DNA of 32,000 nt from Candidatus Thorarchaeota archaeon (GCA_048882505.1 JBHLRO010000001.1:420001-452000), one strand, 5' to 3'. Positions 1 through 8,134 are shown, counted from the first letter of the stretch. Notes: a model not told the origin generated them from the letters alone. Numbers and translations are program-made.

Positions 1-2087
1 ACAATAGGCTTATTGGAACAAATACAGTTGCGGGCAAACTCGAACCTTTTCAGATCATGAGTTACTTCATCTTTGTTTTCGATGCCATATTAACTATTCC
101 CGTTGCGATTCTCTCTATATATTTACTCTCCTTTGGCCTAGACATCTCATTACAAGAAAGACGTTACCAAGTGGGCGTCTTAAAAACTCAAGGAGCCTCT
201 CCAAGACAGATAAAGCGTAAGGTGATTATGGAAGCGTTAATCTTGGCTTTTTCTGGCTTGATTATTGGATATATGATTGCTGTTTTTGGAGCATGGATTA
301 TTGGAACCGCTTCTGGGTTTATGAGATGGAGTGAGAATGCTTTTGACGAACTGGCATCTTTTACGCGGTTATTGACGAATATTGATGCGATTGCATTTTA
401 CTTGGTTGGAGGATTCGTTGTTCTCATCTTGCTTCTGATGATCAATGGCAAATCGAACAAGTTCATTGAAATGGAAGTAATTGAAACCGTACGACAAGTT
501 GAAGATTCAAAACGTGAGGGATTCTTAAGGCGTAACAATCTCGACATAATTTTTTTTGTTACAGGTCTTCTTGTACTAATACTTGTTATACTTCAAAATG
601 TTCGTGTCAGCTTGGATCTAGGCCCCGTAGGTCCCTTGCTAGCCTTAATAGGCCCTGTATTATTTTGGATCGGGGGTTCTGCAGTGGTTTCACGTCTAGT
701 GGTGTGGATCCCCACGAAGACTGATCCAATAATTAAACGTATTGGTTTTCTAAAGGATGTTTCCCTGTTGGTAAAAGGGAATGTCTTTAGGAAATCGGGT
801 GACATACCTCGTTTAGCTTTAATCATTTCCTTAACAGTTTCGTTTGCTATGCTAGCGGCTATTCAAGGTACAACTGGAGAAATTCACAAAGAAAGACTTA
901 TTACATATGATATCGGTGCAGATATCGCTGTTACAACGAATATTAATTTTTCTACACAGACAATAACCAAATTATTAGCGACCTCCTCGGATATTGAAGG
1001 GGCCATGGCCATATCATCCACTGCTGGTCTTCTCCGGAATGATCCTATTTTAATCCATAGCGTGGATTCGGATGCGTTTGATACGGTTGGCATATGGCAA
1101 AGCGATGCGCTTCTACCTGGTACGAGTCCGACTACGCTGATGGAAAAACTCTCAGAAAATCCAGAAGGCTGCTTAATAGGCTCAAATGCTCTTATTGAAA
1201 AGGATGTACAGGTGGGTCAAACCATATCGTTGGAACTACTTAGTTACGGAAGGAATGACACTCTGATTTCATTTGGTTTTAATCCCCGTAATGTTACAAT
1301 CGTAGGGACGTTTCATCACGCGCCTGCAGGGATCGGACCCGGAGATATAATTATCAATCATGAATTGCTTAATGACCTAATGGACTTTTCCGTATTCGTT
1401 ACTTTGGTTAGCAGCTTTCCTGGGCTTCGGAATCAATTGCCTCCTTTCATCAATAATGTATTTGACTCGTACACAGCCAATCCAAAGGAACTCTTGGCAA
1501 CAGATTACTTGCTAAAGTTAAAACCTAATTCTGATGCTGACCAGATTAAAACCCTTCTGCTCCAGCATGATTGGGTGATTTCAGTGAACACACTTGTTGG
1601 GGAAATTCGTAAGTCGCAGGAATTACAGCAAATGGATTTTGGTATTCCAGGACTCCTCACAGCTGATTTCATAATTTCATTAATTGCTGCAACTCTCGCG
1701 ACTTTTATCTTCATGTCGATCCTCATGGAACAGAGGAAAAAGGAATTTGCGATATTACAGAGCTATGGAGCCTCCCGACGACAAATTTACAAGGTCGTAT
1801 TTAGTGAAACAATCGTAATGCTCCTAACATCAGTGATTTGGGGATTACTGATCGGCCTCGGGCTAGCCATTTTATTCAATGCATTTTTCGAGTTCATTGA
1901 CATCTTTGTAACGCCTTTAAGTGCTTTGTTTGGAGGAGGAACTGGTCTTTCTCGTTTATTAGTATTTGATTGGCCTTCTCTAGTGGTAACCATGCTAGTC
2001 ACTTTTTTTGCGATGATATTAGCCACTTTTCTTAGTGTTCGCGGAGCAATGACATCGAAGATCTCAGTCGTTGTGAGAGAGTTATGA
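1..2087 (+). CDS. ABC transporter permease, FtsX/MacB family (5' truncated by window edge)
   Basis: Two FtsX-like motifs (QERRYQVGVLKTQGAS; EQRKKEFAILQSYGAS) with TM clusters around a large extracytoplasmic domain. The frame is open from position 3 to the ATG at 57, so the real start is upstream of the window. Confidence 0.9.
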   Translation, partial: NRLIGTNTVAGKLEPFQIMSYFIFVFDAILTIPVAILSIYLLSFGLDISLQERRYQVGVLKTQGASPRQIKRKVIMEALILAFSGLIIGYMIAVFGAWIIGTASGFMRWSENAFDELASFTRLLTNIDAIAFYLVGGFVVLILLLMINGKSNKFIEMEVIETVRQVEDSKREGFLRRNNLDIIFFVTGLLVLILVILQNVRVSLDLGPVGPLLALIGPVLFWIGGSAVVSRLVVWIPTKTDPIIKRIGFLKDVSLLVKGNVFRKSGDIPRLALIISLTVSFAMLAAIQGTTGEIHKERLITYDIGADIAVTTNINFSTQTITKLLATSSDIEGAMAISSTAGLLRNDPILIHSVDSDAFDTVGIWQSDALLPGTSPTTLMEKLSENPEGCLIGSNALIEKDVQVGQTISLELLSYGRNDTLISFGFNPRNVTIVGTFHHAPAGIGPGDIIINHELLNDLMDFSVFVTLVSSFPGLRNQLPPFINNVFDSYTANPKELLATDYLLKLKPNSDADQIKTLLLQHDWVISVNTLVGEIRKSQELQQMDFGIPGLLTADFIISLIAATLATFIFMSILMEQRKKEFAILQSYGASRRQIYKVVFSETIVMLLTSVIWGLLIGLGLAILFNAFFEFIDIFVTPLSALFGGGTGLSRLLVFDWPSLVVTMLVTFFAMILATFLSVRGAMTSKISVVVREL

Positions 2088-2088
2088 G

Positions 2089-3114
2089 GTGCCTGTCGTG
2101 AGTACAGAGATCGATCAAAAGGGCCAAAAAAATATCTTATCAGAGGCAATGCTACGGTGCAAGAGTATTTACCATATCTACCGTGGAAGGGCTGAAAGAG
2201 CGTCAGTTGTGGCCCTGAAAGGTGTTAGCTTCGATATACAAGAAGGGGAATTTGTCTCTATTGTGGGCCCTAGCGGATCTGGAAAATCATCACTATTAGA
2301 AATTGTAGGGGGTTTAATGCGACCAACAGCGGGAACAGTGTATTTTGATGGCCTAGATATTACACATACGCCCGAAGAAGATTTAGTGAACTATCGACGG
2401 GAGAAGATCGGTTTTGTGTTTCAAGAGGGTAACCTTCTGCCAGATTTAAGTGCAATCGATAACATCATACAAAGTTTGGCGGTCAACGGGGTTGAGTATG
2501 GATTCCGTAAAAAGAGGGCGATTGAGCTATTGGATTTAATGGGTGTTTCCCACCGAAAAAATCAATTGGCAACTCGTTTATCGGGTGGGGAACGTCAACG
2601 CGTAGCTATTGCTCGAGCAATGGCAAATCAGCCGCGATTAATTATTGCAGATGAGCCAACAGGGAATGTCGACTTTGCAACGAGCGTCAGATTATTAGAA
2701 CTGTTCAAAGAGCTTAATCGAGAGACGGGCATGGCGTTTATGGTCGCTACTCATAGTACATTTGTCGCAAAGTATGCAGATAGGAGCTTGGAACTTCGAG
2801 ACGGACTTTTGCTTGGTCAACATGCAGAAGGCGTAGATCTAATGAAACTAGATATGTCACGGATGGTTGTAATGGACAGTGACCATCGTATTAGTTTACC
2901 AGAGAATGTAGTGAATCAGTTAAACGACTTCAGCTCACTATGGGACGTCAAAGTTATTGATGGGTCGAGGATACTACTAAGCCCACTTGAATCCCTTGCA
3001 GAGAAAGACATCCAAGTTACAGTTGAACCTGCTGATCAAAAGGAGTGTCCTGTTTGTGGTATTTTCAATCCCATTAATGCTTTGTTTTGTTCATCTTGCG
3101 GGACGAAATTTTGA
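2089..3114 (+). CDS. ABC transporter ATP-binding protein (LolD/MacB-like) with C-terminal AbrB-like segment and double zinc ribbon
   Basis: Walker A GPSGSGKS, Q-loop FVFQ, signature LSGGE, Walker B IIADEPTGN, H-loop ATH. The tail contains DSDHRISLP and CPVCG-x9-FCSSCG. Confidence 0.9.
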   Translation: MPVVSTEIDQKGQKNILSEAMLRCKSIYHIYRGRAERASVVALKGVSFDIQEGEFVSIVGPSGSGKSSLLEIVGGLMRPTAGTVYFDGLDITHTPEEDLVNYRREKIGFVFQEGNLLPDLSAIDNIIQSLAVNGVEYGFRKKRAIELLDLMGVSHRKNQLATRLSGGERQRVAIARAMANQPRLIIADEPTGNVDFATSVRLLELFKELNRETGMAFMVATHSTFVAKYADRSLELRDGLLLGQHAEGVDLMKLDMSRMVVMDSDHRISLPENVVNQLNDFSSLWDVKVIDGSRILLSPLESLAEKDIQVTVEPADQKECPVCGIFNPINALFCSSCGTKF

Positions 3115-3771
3115 GTTGACAAGATTTTTTATTCCTTTTAGTATGTAAAACCGCTTATTTTGAAAAATTATTTTACTAGGAATAAACCCAGAATCTACAA
3201 GCAAAATTTTACCCCTTCCAACAGGAATAGGGTGGGGTACCCAAGGTAAAGGAGTTTTTCTACCGTATTCAAAAACAACGACACTTCCACCTGGTCTTGT
3301 CTGGCTGTATGCATTTTTAAGAGCGATCAACGGATTTTGTTGATAATGAAGTGAGAATCCAAACAAGATTCCGTCAACAGGATCAATTGTGTATCTATCG
3401 TGGTTAAAATCACTCAAAAGAGGGATGATATTGGCATTATTAGGTAAAGATTTTCTTAAATGGGTGATTCTCGATAAGTTCTGATCGACCGCTATAACTT
3501 TATTGACTAGAGTCGACATTGGAAATGTAAAAGTTCCCGTACCGCAACCGGCATCCACCCAAATTGCTTCAGATTTGAGGTGAAGCATTTTCAATTGATC
3601 CATTACTCGGTCATATTTCCAAGAATGATGAAAAGCCACGGTCTTACACAATCCCCCTGCCTTAAAATTATATTTTAAATTCTGCTTATGCTTGATACGC
3701 TTGCTCTCCTGATGCAACATATGAAAATCATATAATTCTACTGTATAAAACGTCTTTTGAATGATTTGCAA
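3091..3771 (-). CDS. Class I SAM-dependent methyltransferase
   Basis: Motif I VDAGCGTG, VIAVD, and GGSVVVFEY. The start is uncertain; the ATG at 3603 is an alternative. Confidence 0.8.
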   Translation of the reverse strand: MQIIQKTFYTVELYDFHMLHQESKRIKHKQNLKYNFKAGGLCKTVAFHHSWKYDRVMDQLKMLHLKSEAIWVDAGCGTGTFTFPMSTLVNKVIAVDQNLSRITHLRKSLPNNANIIPLLSDFNHDRYTIDPVDGILFGFSLHYQQNPLIALKNAYSQTRPGGSVVVFEYGRKTPLPWVPHPIPVGRGKILLVDSGFIPSKIIFQNKRFYILKGIKNLVNSKFRPAR

Positions 3772-3818
3772 AGGGAAAAATCCTTCATAAATCCAGTTTA
3801 TTTATAGAGATTAGAGAA

Positions 3819-4109
3819 ATGGCGTTGAACGTCAGATTTCAGGTTCCGTCGTGCAGGAATTACTATTTGGAAATGTCTCAAACTTCAGTTGGTTATCAAT
3901 TTGAGCTGTTTAGATCTGGCCACAGGATCAAGTCATTTCAGGTTACGGAAGCAGATTTCACGAGGGAAAACCTTCGAAAGACGGCAGCCAATAGTGGCAT
4001 CGAATTTTATGCTCTCTCTGGGCCTTATGATATGGCAGATGAGATCCTTCGGCAATGGAAAAAGCATTTTCAGAAAAAAGGTTTCCTACAACGACTGTTG
4101 CGAAAATGA
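3819..4109 (+). CDS. Small hypothetical protein with C-terminal amphipathic basic helix
   Basis: 96-aa ORF filling the intergenic gap, with an AT-rich TTTATTTATA element just upstream. Ends in KKGFLQRLLRK. Confidence 0.6.
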   Translation: MALNVRFQVPSCRNYYLEMSQTSVGYQFELFRSGHRIKSFQVTEADFTRENLRKTAANSGIEFYALSGPYDMADEILRQWKKHFQKKGFLQRLLRK

Positions 4110-4393
4110 AGATGATAAAAGCTGGGCATATTGTGGTTGTACTGATTTACCCAAAACCCGGTGGTTTAGACCATATTTTCGATTTAATCCCTTGCTTATC
4201 AAACCAATTCCAGCTTACTAGATGCAGACAGAAGCTTTGAGTTTTTCAGATTTTTTTGGCGTGGCATAAGAAAACGGAAGACAGAAGAAAAATAGGCCTA
4301 ACATAAAATCGTCTCTGGACATAATTTGGATTTAAAAGACAGGATTTACAACTGATTTGATTTGTTAAAAGTTAATAAGTGAGAGTACAAATA

Positions 4394-5401
4394 ATGCGAA
4401 TAGTGGTAATTGGCATTGGAGCTATAGGTGGGCCGCTTGCAGCCCATATTGCAGAAAACGGGGTGGACGCTATTGTTGTTACAAAATATCCCGCTCTGGC
4501 TAAAACAATACAAGATAGGGGACTGAAACTTCAAGAAGAGGGAAAATTTCGATTTGTTCAGATGAAAGCTGTCCCATTGATCACAGATCTCGATGGAACC
4601 TTTGATATCGTCTTTTTTGCCATGAAAGCGTTTGACGTTGTTCCAGCGGCGCAAGCCATACTTCCTTACCTGGATGAAAATAGCGTGGTTGTTACTCTTC
4701 AAAATGGTATCGTTGAAGATGAAGTAGCGGCAATAGTCGGAAGAAACCGAGTGATAGGAGGAGTTGTTTTTTGGGCCTCAACGATGTTAGACTCTGGAGT
4801 AATCGAAAGGCGATCCCGTGGTAAATTTTTTATCGGATTACTTGATGAGAGGGGAAACCAGCAACGCCTAGATGACGCTGCAACTCTTCTAAATTATTGC
4901 TCACCTGTCGAGATAACCGAGAACATTTATGAAATACTATATAGCAAATTGACCTTCAATGCCTGGACAAACGGATTACAAGCGATTTGCGGGCTTCCCT
5001 ACGCTGATTTGTACGCTTCCCCACGGACACGACTGATCGCAATGCGGATTGGTTCTGAGGCTGTGAATGTTGCTGATCGTTTAGGTTATGAACTCGTTAA
5101 ACTTGGAACGATCGATTTGCCCAGATTAATCTTTTCTGATTCAGCAAAACGAATGAAGGAAAACCATGATTTTCTTAAATCTCTGGGGGAATATTTTAGT
5201 GGCTTTAAGTCGTCTAGTCTCCAGACGTTAGAACGAGGGGGTAAATCTGAACTTGATTATTTCAACGGATTCATCGCCCTTAAAGGGAAGGAACTCGGAA
5301 TTAAGACCCCTATTAACACTATGATTAATGAGATTGCCCAGGAAATTGAGAGTGGAACCCGTAAGATAAGTCCAGAGAATCTGCTCGAGCTTCCCATCTA
5401 A
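4394..5401 (+). CDS. panE: 2-dehydropantoate 2-reductase (ketopantoate reductase, PanE/ApbA family)
   Basis: N-terminal Rossmann motif MRIVVIGIGAIGG, MKAFD, LQNG, YSKL..N, SSLQ..E.G.KSELDYFNG. The ATG at 4394 is preferred over the GTG at 4379. Confidence 0.9.
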   Translation: MRIVVIGIGAIGGPLAAHIAENGVDAIVVTKYPALAKTIQDRGLKLQEEGKFRFVQMKAVPLITDLDGTFDIVFFAMKAFDVVPAAQAILPYLDENSVVVTLQNGIVEDEVAAIVGRNRVIGGVVFWASTMLDSGVIERRSRGKFFIGLLDERGNQQRLDDAATLLNYCSPVEITENIYEILYSKLTFNAWTNGLQAICGLPYADLYASPRTRLIAMRIGSEAVNVADRLGYELVKLGTIDLPRLIFSDSAKRMKENHDFLKSLGEYFSGFKSSSLQTLERGGKSELDYFNGFIALKGKELGIKTPINTMINEIAQEIESGTRKISPENLLELPI

Positions 5402-5548
5402 GAATGCGAATCAAATCCCCATAACATTTCCATAAGATGGTTCCGAATATCTATACCTACATAGATAGGATAAAATAAATATTACAGTCACGGGTGTCAA
5501 AATATCAAAAAGGAGCTCCATTTGGGCATTGATAAATAAGCAGCAGTG

Positions 5549-5572
5549 ATTTTCCCAATAAGATGGGAAAAT
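5549..5572 (-). terminator. 3' hairpin of micro-peptide cassette copy 1
   Basis: ATTTTCCCA-6nt-TGGGAAAAT inverted repeat about 36 nt downstream of the stop at 5609. A homologous hairpin follows copy 2. The terminator role is inferred. Confidence 0.45.
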
Positions 5573-5608
5573 ACTACGCTTTACTACGAACTCGAAAAAT
5601 CCTGTTGG

Positions 5609-5752
5609 CTAATTGTTTTCTTCATCCCAATCCTCGTCGTCCCAGTCTTCGTCATCCCAGTCTTCATCGTCCCAATCCTCTTCTTCTGCTTCCTCTTCTT
5701 CTTCATAGACTGGTCTTTTGGAAGTTGGTTTCCTTTTCGGTCCCGATTTCAC
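5609..5752 (-). CDS. 47-aa basic-head/acidic-tail microprotein, MKSGPKRKPTSKRPVYEEEEEAEEE(DWDDE)3DWDEENN
   Basis: GTG start with AGGTGA 5 nt upstream. The repeats vary at synonymous positions, and a paralog lies 708 bp away. Confidence 0.75.
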   Translation of the reverse strand: MKSGPKRKPTSKRPVYEEEEEAEEEDWDDEDWDDEDWDDEDWDEENN

Positions 5753-5808
5753 ATTAATCACCTATTTCAAACTTGAGATCGTGCCAACCTGAATCTGGTT
5801 AGATTAAT

Positions 5809-5874
5809 TCATTTTTTCTTTGTTGTTTTAGCTTGTGGTTTTTTTGCCTTTGATTTCTTTCCTTTTTTGGACAT
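5809..5874 (-). CDS. 21-aa Lys-rich microprotein MSKKGKKSKAKKPQAKTTKKK
   Basis: ATG with AGGTGA 5 nt upstream. A paralog of identical length lies 708 bp away and shares the AKTxKKK end. Confidence 0.7.
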   Translation of the reverse strand: MSKKGKKSKAKKPQAKTTKKK

Positions 5875-5903
5875 GTATCTCACCTAATTGTATGTGTTCA
5901 TTC

Positions 5904-5923
5904 TGGCCATCTTTTTCAGGCCA
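5904..5923. promoter_or_regulatory. Palindrome TGGCC-N10-GGCCA in leader of cassette copy 1
   Basis: Sits 21 nt downstream of the TATA box and 18 nt before the SD. Matched by TGACC-N10-GGTCA in copy 2. Confidence 0.55.
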
Positions 5924-5944
5924 TATGGTGCCTACTTTAGAGCC

Positions 5945-5952
5945 TATTTAAA
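5945..5952 (-). promoter_or_regulatory. Archaeal TATA box (TTTAAATA), cassette copy 1
   Basis: Identical octamer at the equivalent position in both copies (about 71-72 nt from the ATG), while the flanks have diverged. Confidence 0.6.
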
Positions 5953-6287
5953 TGTTACCACCGCTTTACTGCTGGTGCGGATACGTGCGGTTTCAAACCG
6001 ACGAATAAATTCTGATATATATTCTAAATGACATATAAATCCGTTAAATGGAGTTTTAGAAAAAAAGAAAATGGTTCTTATCTGTTCAAATTGGTGCTCA
6101 AAAGTGCGAAAAGCCCTAGAACTTGCGATAAACTACCATGCTGGGCTCTAGGAGTGTTTCTATGTATACAGCTGGTCAGTTTTTTCATGATTTTGCATGA
6201 GTTGAAATAAAAGTTCGAATAAAGAAAGCCTGTTTTGGCTGCGAAAAATTAAAAGAAAATATAAATCAGAATGAATAGGTGGGGTTT

Positions 6288-6314
6288 GATTTTCCCTAGA
6301 TTACAGGGAAAATC
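6288..6314 (-). terminator. 3' hairpin of micro-peptide cassette copy 2
   Basis: Perfect 10-bp inverted repeat GATTTTCCCT-7nt-AGGGAAAATC about 35 nt downstream of the stop at 6350. The terminator role is inferred. Confidence 0.5.
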
Positions 6315-6349
6315 GCTCCTCAACTAAGAAAGATATCAGCTAGGTTAGA

Positions 6350-6460
6350 TTACTCGTCTTCGTCATCCCAATCTTCGTCGTCCCAGTTCTCTTCTTCTTC
6401 TTCTTCTTCTTCATAGACTGGTTTTTTGGGAGATTGGTTTTTCTTTGGTTTTCTGTTCAT
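6350..6460 (-). CDS. 36-aa basic-head/acidic-tail microprotein MNRKPKKNQSPKKPVYEEEEEEEENWDDEDWDDEDE
   Basis: ATG with GGTGA 5 nt upstream. Paralog of 5609..5752, sharing PVY-E(n)-(D/N)WDDE. Confidence 0.75.
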   Translation of the reverse strand: MNRKPKKNQSPKKPVYEEEEEEEENWDDEDWDDEDE

Positions 6461-6516
6461 AAATCTCACCTTTTCTAAATAATTAAGCTTATAGATTTAA
6501 ATTTCGACTAACCTAG

Positions 6517-6582
6517 TTACTTTTTCTTTGCTGTTTTAGCTCGAGGTTTTCTAGTTTTTGGTTTTTTTTCTTTATTTTCCAT
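6517..6582 (-). CDS. 21-aa Lys-rich microprotein MENKEKKPKTRKPRAKTAKKK
   Basis: ATG with AGGTGA 5 nt upstream. Paralog of 5809..5874, with the same 56-nt gap to the downstream acidic peptide gene. Confidence 0.7.
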   Translation of the reverse strand: MENKEKKPKTRKPRAKTAKKK

Positions 6583-6610
6583 TAATTTCACCTAACGATG
6601 TTATTGATTA

Positions 6611-6632
6611 TTGACCGATATTTTTTGGTCAA
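6611..6632. promoter_or_regulatory. Palindrome TTGACC-N10-GGTCAA in leader of cassette copy 2
   Basis: Same position and spacer as copy 1, with a compensatory G-C to A-T change. Confidence 0.55.
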
Positions 6633-6653
6633 GGTAAAACGCTATTAACAGGG

Positions 6654-6661
6654 TATTTAAA
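6654..6661 (-). promoter_or_regulatory. Archaeal TATA box (TTTAAATA), cassette copy 2
   Basis: Positionally conserved between the two cassettes. Confidence 0.6.
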
Positions 6662-6901
6662 CCTGATGGTATTTAACGAATAGTGCATGAAGGTGCTAAG
6701 TTTATTCAGGCATTAAATACCCAATCTGGTAATATTTGTCTATTAATACTGTTAGAGCACTTTTTAGAAAAATCAAGAAGGTTCTAACTAGTTCGAATTC
6801 GTGCGAAGGGGTGCATTCAGTCTTTGGATCGATGCTACGTGTAAAATCCTAGGCATACAGATAGAGAAATCTGCGATGGATTAGGATTAGATAACTTATG
6901 T

Positions 6902-8134
6902 CTAATAGCGATCTAAAAGCAGATTAGGCACGAAATTCCCTACCTTCTGGTCAAATTCGTATAATTGAATCATTGCAACCGAGGACAGTTTCATTCCTAG
7001 AAAAACGATGAACCCTACAGGTGCCCAAATGAATAAATGAATCTTTAAATACGGAATTCTGGACTTTAGTCTAGTGAGATATTTGTAAATTGCCTCAATT
7101 TTCCTTAGTGCATCATCTTGATCTAAAATGCTGTTTTCACGTGGCTCTGGCCTGACTGAAAAGTGAACTGTGAATTTTGTATCCATCAGATCCTTTTGAA
7201 GATACTTTTCAACATACCTGATTATAGGCTCGCTTACACTGATTAGAATGTTGATTTCACTTTCATTTTTGGGTTTTTTGTACCTTGTGGAAAGATTCCA
7301 GTGGACAGAGGCACGTATACTTTCTTCTATATCCTTATATTTCCAATATTGGCCATTTTGTTGAACGTATAGCTCTAAACCTTCAAAATAGTTTACTGAG
7401 TGCCCTAAAATAAATGCAAGAGAAGCATGAGGTTTACACTCTCTCAATAAAAGATTTGTATTGAAATGGGAATTATAAATGGTTTCAATGGTTGTAAGAA
7501 TTTCATCCTCGATGGCTAACCATTGGTCCCTTGTCGGAAGTCCCTCTTTAAAAAGCCCAGAATAATCCAAACAATAATCTACATTATTTCTGTCCTTGGG
7601 AGCAGATTTGCTATATAATGCCAAAGAATAGTCATATGAGGGTTCAAGAGAATGATTCTTTGAAATTAACCGCTCCATTATGCTTATTAGATTCTTGTTG
7701 GAGGAAAAAAGCAGTCTCGTGTCTTTACCCAATTTAATTTTGTATATCAGACTGCTAGAATCATTATTCAAACGGCTTGTGAGCTTCTTCCACACATCGA
7801 TGGTTAGTTCGACGTTGCATTCTTTCAAAATAGCATCAATTTCATCCTTAGTTAATTCATCAAAATCCGGTCTTGCTAAGAACAAAAGAAGTATAAGATT
7901 ATGATAGTGTTTTAATGCTACCCCTGGAGCTTTTATATCAGAGAATGCGTTGAATAGCTCTTCTGGATATTGTTTTAGACGCAGTGGGATCTTCTTGTCA
8001 AGAATCATATTGAAGTTTCTTTCGAAGTGATTCTTGTGGCCTTGAAACGCAAGTATTAATGACGAGTATTCTTTGGTGAGCCTTTTAATCGTTTTGGAAC
8101 TCACATACGAAACCCCTATAACCGATAACAGCAT
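6902..8134 (-). CDS. SAVED-domain protein (SMODS-associated cyclic-oligonucleotide sensor) with uncharacterised N-terminal region
   Basis: The C-terminal part carries two SAVED-like half motifs, KPHASLAFILGH and IHLFIWAPVGFIVFLGMKL...IQLYEF, plus ILISVS. The extreme N-terminus is hydrophobic. Confidence 0.75.
   Translation of the reverse strand: MLLSVIGVSYVSSKTIKRLTKEYSSLILAFQGHKNHFERNFNMILDKKIPLRLKQYPEELFNAFSDIKAPGVALKHYHNLILLLFLARPDFDELTKDEIDAILKECNVELTIDVWKKLTSRLNNDSSSLIYKIKLGKDTRLLFSSNKNLISIMERLISKNHSLEPSYDYSLALYSKSAPKDRNNVDYCLDYSGLFKEGLPTRDQWLAIEDEILTTIETIYNSHFNTNLLLRECKPHASLAFILGHSVNYFEGLELYVQQNGQYWKYKDIEESIRASVHWNLSTRYKKPKNESEINILISVSEPIIRYVEKYLQKDLMDTKFTVHFSVRPEPRENSILDQDDALRKIEAIYKYLTRLKSRIPYLKIHLFIWAPVGFIVFLGMKLSSVAMIQLYEFDQKVGNFVPNLLLDRY

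Noticed and set aside
5620-5680. 15-bp tandem repeats as a possible CRISPR array or VNTR
   Set aside because: No spacers, and variation falls at synonymous codon positions; it is the coding DWDDE repeat.
5546-5776. Plus-strand ORFs 5546..5776 and 5563..5757 from the ORF track
   Set aside because: Antisense shadows of the acidic repeat gene; the SD, TATA and paralog evidence all support the minus strand.
6389-6412. (TTC)n microsatellite
   Set aside because: It encodes the poly-Glu tract of the microprotein.
6780-6810. GTTCGAATTC T-loop-like sequence
   Set aside because: No surrounding cloverleaf.
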